A stretch of 64,000 nt of DNA, taken from contig RHKY01000031.1 in NCBI GenBank assembly GCA_008363385.1, forward strand, positions 6,522-70,521. Direction: 5' to 3'. Below, in pieces: positions 19,524-27,908 of this stretch. Both the position numbers and the translations under genes were made by a program. The notes under the pieces were generated by a model that did no database searches, had not been told where the DNA came from, and was given only the letters and a program-made list of their open reading frames with translations. Position 1 is the stretch's first letter. Every line of letters begins with the position of its first letter. The DNA is from Acidobacteriota bacterium (GTDB taxonomy: Bacteria > Acidobacteriota > Thermoanaerobaculia > UBA5066).

Positions 19524-19933
19524 CTCTTGACTTCCACGAGCACCTTGTCCCGCTCCGGCCCGAGAAACGGCCCCTGCTTGACGCTGATGCACTGCATGTC
19601 CTCGATCGCCTCGATCGCGTGGACTCCGTGAATGAGGACGATCGCGTCCCCGCCCCGCATCGTCACCTCCCGGAGAAGCTCACCGTCGTCCGAGTAGAGC
19701 CGCACCGCAACGACCCCGAACTGGACCACGAACATCTGCTGCAGGTCGTCGACGGTCCGGCGGAACGGGCTGTGGAAATGCGGGGGCTCCACGAAGCCCG
19801 CGCGGTGGGCCAAGAGGCCGAACTGGAACGAGGACTCCTCCGGCGAGAAGAACGTCGTCTTCTCGACGCGGGTGTCCGCCCAGATCACCTCGGCATAGCG
19901 CACGCCTCCGTGCTCGATGACTTCGACGCTCAT
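19520..19933 (-). CDS. WxcM-like/FdtA-like cupin sugar 3,4-ketoisomerase domain protein
   Basis: 137-aa cupin: FFSPEESSFQFGLLAHRAGFVEPPHFH...GDAIVLIHGVHAIE resembles the dTDP-4-keto-6-deoxyhexose 3,4-isomerase (FdtA) fold. ATG overlaps TGA of wzt (ATGA). Confidence 0.7.
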   Translation of the reverse strand: MSVEVIEHGGVRYAEVIWADTRVEKTTFFSPEESSFQFGLLAHRAGFVEPPHFHSPFRRTVDDLQQMFVVQFGVVAVRLYSDDGELLREVTMRGGDAIVLIHGVHAIEAIEDMQCISVKQGPFLGPERDKVLVEVKR

Positions 19934-21243
19934 CGTCCTCCCTGCCTTTCTCGGCTCCCGGCCGGGACCGCTGCCTCCGACGGCGAGACGAGCTCCCCGG
20001 GACGCTCGATCCTCTCCGTCCTCCACGGGATCCGCGGCGCGAGGCGGCCCGGCGACACGTACCCCGGCATGGAACGCGTCAGGAGGCCGGAATCGTGGAC
20101 TTCCAGCGTGTATTCCAGCGGTTCCGGGAAGATGTACCGTCCTCTCGCGATCGCGGCGTTCAGCTCCAGGCGGTACCGGCGCTGCGCGAGGAGGTTCGCC
20201 GGGATCTCCGCTCGTGTCACGTACCGCCCCGCGCTCATGCGCGGGAACGCCGGCCCTTCCCCATCGTGGGTGCTCTCGACGAGGAGGATGCCCTCTTCGT
20301 CGAAGAGGCGGATGAACACGTGCAGCCCGTCGCAGTCCTGCAGCACCTCGAACTCCGTGACCAGCTCCACCGGCTCCCCGGTCACGAGCTCCCGCGGACC
20401 TCTCGAGCCCTGCGAGAGGGACGCGTCCAGGAGCCGGAACGCCGGGTCCGGAGGCAAGGCCGCCTTGAACAGCTCGACCTCCGTGGCGCCGGTTCCGGTC
20501 GATACCCCCCTCAGGTACTGCTCGACGACGGAGTCTGCCTCGCCGATCCCCTGCACCCGACCTTCGCCGAGCCAGACCGCCCTCGTGCACAGGCCTCGGA
20601 TCGCCGGCATGTTGTGCGACACGAAGACCACGGTCCGCCCTTCCCGAGATTGCTCGCCCATTCGCGCAAGGCACTTGCGCTGGAAAGTCACGTCACCGAC
20701 CGCCAGCACCTCGTCGACCACCAGGATCTCCGGATCCAGGTGCGCGGCCACCGCGAAGGCGAGGCGGACGTACATCCCGCTCGAGTACCGCTTGACGGGC
20801 GTGTCGAGGAATCGTTCCACCTCGGCGAACGACACGATCGCGTCGAAGCTCCGTCGGATCTCCGCTCGCGACATCCCGAGGATCGAGCCGTTCAGGAAGA
20901 CGTTCTCGCGCCCGGTCAGCTCCGGATGGAACCCGGTGCCGACCTCGAGGAGGGAGGCGACGCGGCCGCGGAGTCTCGCCCTGCCGCAGGTCGGCTCCGT
21001 GATCCTCGAAAGGATTTTCAGAAGCGTCGACTTTCCCGCGCCGTTCTTGCCGACGATGCCGAACGCCTCGCCGTCGGCCACCGCGAAGGAGACGTCCCGG
21101 AGCGCCCAGAACTCCGACTGCTCTTGCTGCTCGCGCTTCCGCCAGAGCGCCGCGAACGCGTCCCGCGCGGTCCTGTACCCCAGCTCCTTGACGCCACCGA
21201 GCCGGTAGCGCTTCGAGATGCCGTCGACCTCGATCGCGTTCAA
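19930..21243 (-). CDS. wzt: ABC transporter ATP-binding protein Wzt (O-antigen/teichoic-acid exporter type) with C-terminal carbohydrate-binding extension
   Basis: Walker A GKNGAGKST, signature YSSGMYVRLAFA, Walker B ILVVDE. About 190-aa extension after the NBD. Probable TTG start 21243..21241 (LNAIEVDGISKRY) overlapping TGA of wzm (TTGA). Confidence 0.8.
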   Translation of the reverse strand: MNAIEVDGISKRYRLGGVKELGYRTARDAFAALWRKREQQEQSEFWALRDVSFAVADGEAFGIVGKNGAGKSTLLKILSRITEPTCGRARLRGRVASLLEVGTGFHPELTGRENVFLNGSILGMSRAEIRRSFDAIVSFAEVERFLDTPVKRYSSGMYVRLAFAVAAHLDPEILVVDEVLAVGDVTFQRKCLARMGEQSREGRTVVFVSHNMPAIRGLCTRAVWLGEGRVQGIGEADSVVEQYLRGVSTGTGATEVELFKAALPPDPAFRLLDASLSQGSRGPRELVTGEPVELVTEFEVLQDCDGLHVFIRLFDEEGILLVESTHDGEGPAFPRMSAGRYVTRAEIPANLLAQRRYRLELNAAIARGRYIFPEPLEYTLEVHDSGLLTRSMPGYVSPGRLAPRIPWRTERIERPGELVSPSEAAVPAGSRERQGGR

Positions 21244-22073
21244 ACCAGGTCCGCGAATCGGCGCTCCATGCGCCGGAAGTAGAGCATCCCCGAGATCAGG
21301 AGGGTGACCGCCCAGGCGGCCGAGATCGCCAGCTCGGCCCACGGGAGCGGCAGCCCGAGCGTCGAAGCGCGGAAGGCCTCGACGACTCCCGTCATCGGAT
21401 TCAGCGCGACGAGGGATCGGACGCGCTCGGGCAGCGCGGACTGCGGGTAGACGACGGGAGTACCGTACATCCAGATCTGGACGACGAAGGGCACGACGAC
21501 GCGGACATCACGATACTCCACGTTCAGCGCGGCGAAGAAGAGGCCGATCCCGAGCGAGAGAGCCGCGGCAATCGCGACGACGACCGGGAGCGCTACGAGG
21601 GAGACGCCCGGGACGACCGAGAACCAGAGGGCCATGGCGCCGAGAAGGAGGCACGTGACGCCGAGGTCGACCCCGGCGACCGCCACTGCGGCCATCGGTA
21701 TCAGGACCCGAGGGAAGTACACCTTGGAGAGCAGGCTCGCGTTGCCCACCAGGCTGTTCCCCGCGGACTGCACGCTCGCGGCGAAGAAGGTCCACGGCAA
21801 CAAGCCCGAGAAGACGAACAGCGAGTACGGCATGTCACCCTGAGAGGGAATCCGGGCGATGTAGCTGAAGACGAAGGTGAAGATCGCCATGGCCACCAAC
21901 GGCTGCCCCCAGACCCAGAGCGCGCCCAGGACGGTCTGGCTGTATCGGACCTTGACGTCGCGCCAGGCGAAGATCGCCAGCAGCTCCCGATAGCGCCAGA
22001 TCTCCCCGACGTCGATCCCCACCCAGCCCGTCGAGGGCTCGATCGTCAGCGTCGGGGCCTCCACCTTCCTCAT
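21240..22073 (-). CDS. wzm: ABC-2 type polysaccharide export permease Wzm
   Basis: 277 aa from MRKVEAPTLTIEPS with six TM segments. Typical Wzm/TagG. N-extension of track ORF discarded. Confidence 0.8.
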   Translation of the reverse strand: MRKVEAPTLTIEPSTGWVGIDVGEIWRYRELLAIFAWRDVKVRYSQTVLGALWVWGQPLVAMAIFTFVFSYIARIPSQGDMPYSLFVFSGLLPWTFFAASVQSAGNSLVGNASLLSKVYFPRVLIPMAAVAVAGVDLGVTCLLLGAMALWFSVVPGVSLVALPVVVAIAAALSLGIGLFFAALNVEYRDVRVVVPFVVQIWMYGTPVVYPQSALPERVRSLVALNPMTGVVEAFRASTLGLPLPWAELAISAAWAVTLLISGMLYFRRMERRFADLV

Positions 22074-22126
22074 CCCCAGGTTCTCGCCTGTCGTCGCGTG
22101 GCCGCCGCCCGGGAGGAACCTCTGCC

Positions 22127-25100
22127 TCACGGGCGAGACGCTCCGACGTCCCGCAGCTGCCGATGCAGGATGCCCGCAGCGACCACGGGTGCGTAGCGGG
22201 ATTCGACCAGCGCTCGACCCCGCCCGCCAAGCCGGGTCCGGAGGCCGGCGTCCTTCAGGATACTGAGGACCGCCTCGCCCAGCGCAGGACCCTCGCCGTC
22301 GCACAGGAACCCCGTCTCACCCGCGAGGACGAACTCCTCCGGCCCCCCGCAGCGCGTGCTGACGACCGGAACCCCGCACGCCAGCGCCTCGAGGGCCGCT
22401 ATGCAGAGTCCCTCCTGCTCCGACGGGAGGACGAAGACGTCGAACGACTTCACGAGGCCCGGTAGGAGGTCCTCGGCTACCGCCGGGACCACGTGGACCA
22501 GGGACTCCAGTCCGAGCCGTCTCACTCGCGCGGCGGTCGAGGCTCGGAGCGGCCCGCCCACCAGCATGGCCGAGACCGAGGCTCCTGCCGCACGGCAATA
22601 CGCCAGCACGTCCACGAGGAGATCGACCCTCTTTCGCGGATCGTCGATCCGCCCGACGAATCCGATCCGCCCGTGCACCACGGCCGCCGGATCCGGTCGG
22701 AAGCGGATCGGGTCGACCGGAACCGGGAGGACGTTCCCGGGCACGGCGCCGCCGGCGAGCCGCGCGAGCCTCCCTCGCGTGTACTCGCTCAGAGGGAGGA
22801 CGGACCCCGCCTCCAGGATCTCTCTCTCGAGCCGCTCCACGAGGGGCCTGACCAGGATGGAATCGGCCGCCCGGCGCAGGGCCGAGAAGCCGAGCTCGCG
22901 GGAGCGGCGGTCGTCGCGCCACGGGGTGGCCACCCAGGCGACGAAGCGCCGCCCGCTATCCAGAAACGGCCGGGCCGCCAGACAGGTCCCAGAGGCCGCG
23001 AGGCATACGTCCGCCTCGTCGACCAACGCCGCCCAGGGCCTAGAGAGGCGATACTGGTTCGACTCGAGCTCCGGAAGCCAGGCGCCCAGCTCGTGGCCCT
23101 CGACGCCGTCGAACACCACGGTCAGCCTCGCGCCGACCGCTCCGATCCCGAGGCGGGTCGCCGTTGGCGAGAGGTAGGGATCCTCCGTGAAGGGCCGGTA
23201 CCAGGCGAGCACCGGCAAGTCGCCGGCGTCCCGGACTGTCTCCGTGGCGAACTTCGCCATCCTGGGAACGCCTCCCCCCCAGGACGGGGGAAGGGTGGAG
23301 ATCAGGACCCTCCTGGGGCGCCTGGGTCCCGGTGTCGGCACCGCCGAGGCCACGTCAGGCCGCGCCACCCGCCGTCTCTCGTCGAGTCCCAGCTCTGGCG
23401 CAAGCCGGTCCAGCACGAACCGGGCCCACCCTCGTAGCCCCCGGCCGGTATGGGCATCCCCCCGGCCTCGCACCCACTCGGCGACCGGCGGCGCGAAGCC
23501 CGTCTTCGCACGGGAGAGCACCGGCTCGGGTACGTCGGGCTCCACGGCCCGGGCCATCTCCGCCTTCGTCGGCGGGTCGGCGAGGCCAAGCGAAGCTGCG
23601 AGCCGGCGGGCAAGCTCAACGTCGACGAACGGGACGCGGATCTCGAGCGAGTGCGCCATTCCGGCCCAGTCGGCGTCCCGGAGGAGCTGGTTCCGCATGT
23701 ACCACGTCGACTCGAGCGCCGTGATACGAAGCCGGTCGGAGAGAAGGCCGGAGACCGTGCCCTCGAGGGCCGGCAGCGTGCCGAGGGCTTCCCATCCTTC
23801 CCGGACCAGGTCTGCGTCCAGGAACTCCGGCAGCTCCCACGGCATGAAGAGCCCTCGCCGCAGGAAGTACGCCCCTCCCAACGTCCCGCCGTACTCGAGA
23901 ACGCTCGCCCACTTCGGTGAGGCTGCACGGGAGGCCAGCGGAGCTACCACCCGTCGGAAGAGCCGTCCCGCGGCCGGGACCGCCGTGAACGGCGATAGCG
24001 CCCTGGCGGTACGCGGGACCTCGTAGAACGATGGATAGCCGCCGAACAGCTCGTCGCCCCCGAGTCCCGAGAGGGCTACTTTGAGGCCCAGCGACGCCGC
24101 CGCGCGGCTCACGAACCACGTGTTGACGCCGTCGATCGACGGCTGGTCCATCGCGGCAAGGATAGCGTCCAGGTCGTCGTCGAAGTCGCTCCGGGTGACC
24201 CGAACGGCCTCGTGCCGGATGCCGAGCGACGAAGCGACCTGCCGCGCGACCGGGACCTCGTCCATGGGCGTTCCTTCGTGTTCCGAGAAGCCCAGCGTGA
24301 CGGAGAGGACGTCGGCTCCGGCGTCCCGGCAGAGCCGCGCGATTGCCCTCGAGTCGAGACCCGCCGAGAGGAAGAGCCCGACCGGCACGTCCGACTCCAG
24401 GTGGTGCCGGACGCTGTCCAGGAGCGCCTCTCTCATGGGCGCGCGCTTAGCCTCGTCTCCGAGCCCGCCCCGCTGGCTCGCGACGAGGGCGTCCACGAGG
24501 TGAGCTACCCGTGCCCTTCGCGGCCCCGTGCCCTGCCGGTAGATCGCGACCTCTCCCGGAGCGAGGGCGCGAATCCCGCGGTGCAGGGTGAAGGGCTCCG
24601 GCACGTGGCCCCAGACGCAGAACCCCACCACGCCCGCAGGATCCGGAACGGCTTCCACCCCGCGCCCGGCGAGCAGGCCCCGGACCTGGGAGGCGGCACG
24701 CACGGTCTGTCCGTCGTCCGCCAGGTACAGCGGCTTGATCCCGTACGGGTCCCGCGCGAGGGCGAGCGATCGCTCGGCCTCGTCCCAGAGGGCGAGGGCG
24801 TACATCCCGCGGAGCCTTCCGAGCATGTCCGGGCCGTGCTCCGCGTAGAGGGCGAGGAGCACCTCGGTGTCCGTCCCCGTCCTGAAGACGTGGCCGCGTG
24901 ACTCGAGCTCCGCGCGCAGCGCCTTGAAGTTGTAGATCTCGCCGTTGAAGACGATCGTGAATCGACCCGTCGGGTCACGCATCGGCTGCGCGCCCCGGTC
25001 CGAAGGATCGAGGATGGCGAGGCGCCGGTGGCCCAGGGCCACGTCGCGGCGGTCGCTCTCCCAGTAGCCGTGACCGTCCGGTCCCCGGGCTGCCATCGCT

Positions 25101-25180
25101 TCCCGGATGCGCAGGGCCTCCTCCCTGTCGACGCGGGGCGCGTCAGGGTCGTAGGCGTGGATGGCGACGATTCCGCACAT
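22127..25180 (-). CDS. Fusion protein: asparagine-synthetase-family amidotransferase (N, ~610 aa) + GT4 glycosyltransferase (C, ~390 aa)
   Basis: Single 1017-aa frame. MCGIVAIH glutaminase nucleophile, SAGLDSR PP-loop, then a Pro/Arg linker and GT4 domain (RVLISTLPPSWGGGV ... EALACGVPVVSTRCGGPEEFV). Confidence 0.8.
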   Translation of the reverse strand: MCGIVAIHAYDPDAPRVDREEALRIREAMAARGPDGHGYWESDRRDVALGHRRLAILDPSDRGAQPMRDPTGRFTIVFNGEIYNFKALRAELESRGHVFRTGTDTEVLLALYAEHGPDMLGRLRGMYALALWDEAERSLALARDPYGIKPLYLADDGQTVRAASQVRGLLAGRGVEAVPDPAGVVGFCVWGHVPEPFTLHRGIRALAPGEVAIYRQGTGPRRARVAHLVDALVASQRGGLGDEAKRAPMREALLDSVRHHLESDVPVGLFLSAGLDSRAIARLCRDAGADVLSVTLGFSEHEGTPMDEVPVARQVASSLGIRHEAVRVTRSDFDDDLDAILAAMDQPSIDGVNTWFVSRAAASLGLKVALSGLGGDELFGGYPSFYEVPRTARALSPFTAVPAAGRLFRRVVAPLASRAASPKWASVLEYGGTLGGAYFLRRGLFMPWELPEFLDADLVREGWEALGTLPALEGTVSGLLSDRLRITALESTWYMRNQLLRDADWAGMAHSLEIRVPFVDVELARRLAASLGLADPPTKAEMARAVEPDVPEPVLSRAKTGFAPPVAEWVRGRGDAHTGRGLRGWARFVLDRLAPELGLDERRRVARPDVASAVPTPGPRRPRRVLISTLPPSWGGGVPRMAKFATETVRDAGDLPVLAWYRPFTEDPYLSPTATRLGIGAVGARLTVVFDGVEGHELGAWLPELESNQYRLSRPWAALVDEADVCLAASGTCLAARPFLDSGRRFVAWVATPWRDDRRSRELGFSALRRAADSILVRPLVERLEREILEAGSVLPLSEYTRGRLARLAGGAVPGNVLPVPVDPIRFRPDPAAVVHGRIGFVGRIDDPRKRVDLLVDVLAYCRAAGASVSAMLVGGPLRASTAARVRRLGLESLVHVVPAVAEDLLPGLVKSFDVFVLPSEQEGLCIAALEALACGVPVVSTRCGGPEEFVLAGETGFLCDGEGPALGEAVLSILKDAGLRTRLGGRGRALVESRYAPVVAAGILHRQLRDVGASRP

Positions 25181-25260
25181 TGCTTCAGGTCCCGAGGCGG
25201 CGCGCGGCTCGGCTGCCGGCGTGCGCCGTCGAGCGCGATCCGATGACTACCGCCGAGCCC

Positions 25261-26238
25261 TCACCGCTCCCTGGGGAGCCCGGACGGCTCCTCGGCCAGC
25301 ATGGAAAGCAGCAGCCTCCCTTTCTCCTCCTCCGGGGGTCCGACTCGGGCCAGCTCCCGGACGTGCCCCTTCCTCTTCGACGAGAACAGGACGATCCCTC
25401 CCGGGTTCACGGCAGCAGCGGCCCCAAGCAGGACGCTCGCGAGCGAAGCCGGGTCGCCTGCGTCGATCCCGAGCCGCTCCGACCAGGCCCTTCTTCGGGC
25501 CTCCTGCTTCATCGACTCCCCGAGCCTCGGGAGGGCACCCCTGATCGCACCCTGGGTGATGACGAACGATCCGGAGTAGTCGGGGCGCCGATCCGAGCAC
25601 ACCGACCACTCGAACTGGAGCACCGGAGGAAGACCAGCGCCCGCGTCGACGACGCCGTCGACGAGCCGGCGTGGGCTTCCGATCCCCCACGCTCCGATCG
25701 CCCCCTTGGACACCTGCGCCTCCAGCGCTGCCCGCAGGTCGTCTCCCAGGGCCTCCACGCCCCCTTCGTGCACGAGGAACAGGTCGATCCGATCGCAGCG
25801 GAGCTTCCGGAGGCTCGCCTCGAGCGAAGCGAGCATCGCCGGGACCGAGTACGCCGTCGACTTCGGCGGTCTCCCGACCTGAGCCACCGCGCCGGCGGCC
25901 TCCACGAGGCGCGCCTTCGCGCGAGGGAACCTCGCCACGAGCGGCCTGAGGATCCCCCGAGCGACGTCCATGGCCGCCCTCGCCCTGGGGGGCGGCAAGC
26001 CGAACTTCGACGTCACCGTCACTTCCCCGCGATGACGCGCGACCAGCTCCCCGACCAGCGCTTCCGCCTCTCCCAGCCCGTACGGCGGCGCCGTGTCGAA
26101 GTGCCGTATCCCGGCGTCGAACGCCGTCTCGAGGAGGGCCAGCGACTCCCGCCGACTCCAGCCGCCGTGCAGCCCAGAGGATCCGTAGCCGATCGCGGTC
26201 GTGCCACCCGGTCGCCCTGGGAATCCGACTTGCCTCAG
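25261..26238 (-). CDS. Aldo/keto reductase family oxidoreductase
   Basis: LRQVGFPG...GYGSSGLHGGW...LETAFDAGIRHFDTAPPYG AKR N-terminus. No ATG/GTG/TTG in frame near the conserved N-terminus. CTG 26238..26236 with GGAGGG 7 nt upstream overlaps TGA of GMC gene. Confidence 0.65.
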   Translation of the reverse strand: MRQVGFPGRPGGTTAIGYGSSGLHGGWSRRESLALLETAFDAGIRHFDTAPPYGLGEAEALVGELVARHRGEVTVTSKFGLPPPRARAAMDVARGILRPLVARFPRAKARLVEAAGAVAQVGRPPKSTAYSVPAMLASLEASLRKLRCDRIDLFLVHEGGVEALGDDLRAALEAQVSKGAIGAWGIGSPRRLVDGVVDAGAGLPPVLQFEWSVCSDRRPDYSGSFVITQGAIRGALPRLGESMKQEARRRAWSERLGIDAGDPASLASVLLGAAAAVNPGGIVLFSSKRKGHVRELARVGPPEEEKGRLLLSMLAEEPSGLPRER

Positions 26239-27824
26239 CGGATTCCCTCCGCGCAGAGATGGTCGCCGAGGCGAAGCGCAAGAGCGATCGCCGTGTGTGT
26301 CGGATTGGAGAAGCTGCCGCTCGGGAAGACGGCGCTGCTGCAGACGTAGCCGTTCGCGGTGCCAAGGATCCTGAGGGACTCGTCGACGACTCCCGGTTCG
26401 GCGCCATCCGTCATCCGGGCGGTGCCCATGTCGTGGTAGTTGTCCCATCCCTTGCCGAGCACGGCGGGGTCACGCGCGGATACGAGTCGCTCGATCCTCA
26501 CCTCGGCGAGGCCCGTGCTCTCGAAGGCCGACTTCACGCTCTCCGCGAAGGTGGCGAGCGTCTCCACCTCGGCCTGACCGAGACGCCAGTCCAGCTGGGC
26601 ACGACGCATCCCAAAGGCATCCCTGTCCTCGGAGAGGGTGACGCGGCTCTCCGCGTCGGGAGCCTGCTCGATGAACGCGAGCAACCGGAAGCCGCGGTCC
26701 GAGGGGTTGAAGGCTCGCTTGTGGACGAGGTACCGCCAGGCCTGTCTTACGATCAGCGGCCCGGAACGGATGAAGCTCCGCGAGGCCTCCGCGAGGACTT
26801 TCGCGCTCGGCCGGCCCTGCAAGACTCTCCGGGCCGCGATCCGTACCTGATGCAGCACCTGCGCGCTGATCTCCGAGTAGAACAGAACCAACCCACCCGC
26901 GTTAAGAGAGCGCGCCTCCTCCTGTCTCGCGGCGCTCAGGTAGAGCCGCGGCTGGTACTTGAACCCGCGCAGGTAGACCATGTCCATCAGCCGATGAACC
27001 GCCGCGGGATTCCGCGGCACGACGTCCGCGCACTCGAAGGTGGGGTGGTCGAGGAAATACCGACCCAGGGCATCCGATCTCCGGGCCCAGGGCGGCTCGG
27101 TGCCGTCCTCGAGAGGTTGCATCAGGAGGCGCGCCGATTCGATGCCACCGACGCAGAAGACGAAACGACGGCCCGCAATTCGGATGCCGCGACCCTCGAG
27201 CGTTCTGGCTTTCGCCGACACGATGCGGTCCCCGGAGCAGGCGAGCGCCGTGACCGTCGCATGCAAGATGCAGCGAAGGCGGGACGAGCGCTCGACCTCG
27301 GCACCGTGCAGGCGAGCGAAGTCCGGCTGAGGGCACCATCTCGAGAGATGGGCCCGCAGGTCGGGTCCGAACTCGGGCGCGGACAGACCGATGGCTGACC
27401 AGACACCCTCGTCGTCCTTGACGCAGCCGCCTAGCCCCTCGTACTCGAGCGCCGTCCTGTAGTAGGGCTCGAGGTCGTCGTACGTGATGGGCCAGCCGCT
27501 GCTCCGGATCCAGTCCCGTCTCGCGAAGTCGATCGGGCCGAAGGGCAGGATCTGTCCGCCCCATTGGGTCGAGGTGCCGCCGAAGGCGCGGAATCGCCCG
27601 AGGTTGATCCCGTTGTGGTTCCGGCCCACGTTCTTGGACCGATAGAGATCCTGCAGCTCCGGCTCGACGGTGGGCCCGCCCGACTCGAGCATCACGACGT
27701 CCAGGCCTCGGCGAGACAACGCGAGCGAAAGCGTGATGCCCACCGGGCCGGCGCCCACGACGCAGACGTCCGTTTCCAGAAGCTCCGGCAGGCCGTCGGT
27801 ATGGAGATCAGCGAGCATCGTCAA
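26235..27824 (-). CDS. GMC-family FAD-dependent oxidoreductase
   Basis: DVCVVGAGPVGITLSLAL dinucleotide-binding motif. C-terminal GMC_oxred_C-like region (GTARM, active-site His region). 529 aa. Confidence 0.75.
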   Translation of the reverse strand: MTMLADLHTDGLPELLETDVCVVGAGPVGITLSLALSRRGLDVVMLESGGPTVEPELQDLYRSKNVGRNHNGINLGRFRAFGGTSTQWGGQILPFGPIDFARRDWIRSSGWPITYDDLEPYYRTALEYEGLGGCVKDDEGVWSAIGLSAPEFGPDLRAHLSRWCPQPDFARLHGAEVERSSRLRCILHATVTALACSGDRIVSAKARTLEGRGIRIAGRRFVFCVGGIESARLLMQPLEDGTEPPWARRSDALGRYFLDHPTFECADVVPRNPAAVHRLMDMVYLRGFKYQPRLYLSAARQEEARSLNAGGLVLFYSEISAQVLHQVRIAARRVLQGRPSAKVLAEASRSFIRSGPLIVRQAWRYLVHKRAFNPSDRGFRLLAFIEQAPDAESRVTLSEDRDAFGMRRAQLDWRLGQAEVETLATFAESVKSAFESTGLAEVRIERLVSARDPAVLGKGWDNYHDMGTARMTDGAEPGVVDESLRILGTANGYVCSSAVFPSGSFSNPTHTAIALALRLGDHLCAEGIR

Positions 27825-27908
27825 GACCCCGACTCCTCGCGGTCGGCTTGCACGGACTCACGCGAGGCAGACGGACCGGAGGGCTCGGGCAGCGGCGGGC
27901 CCGGGCGC

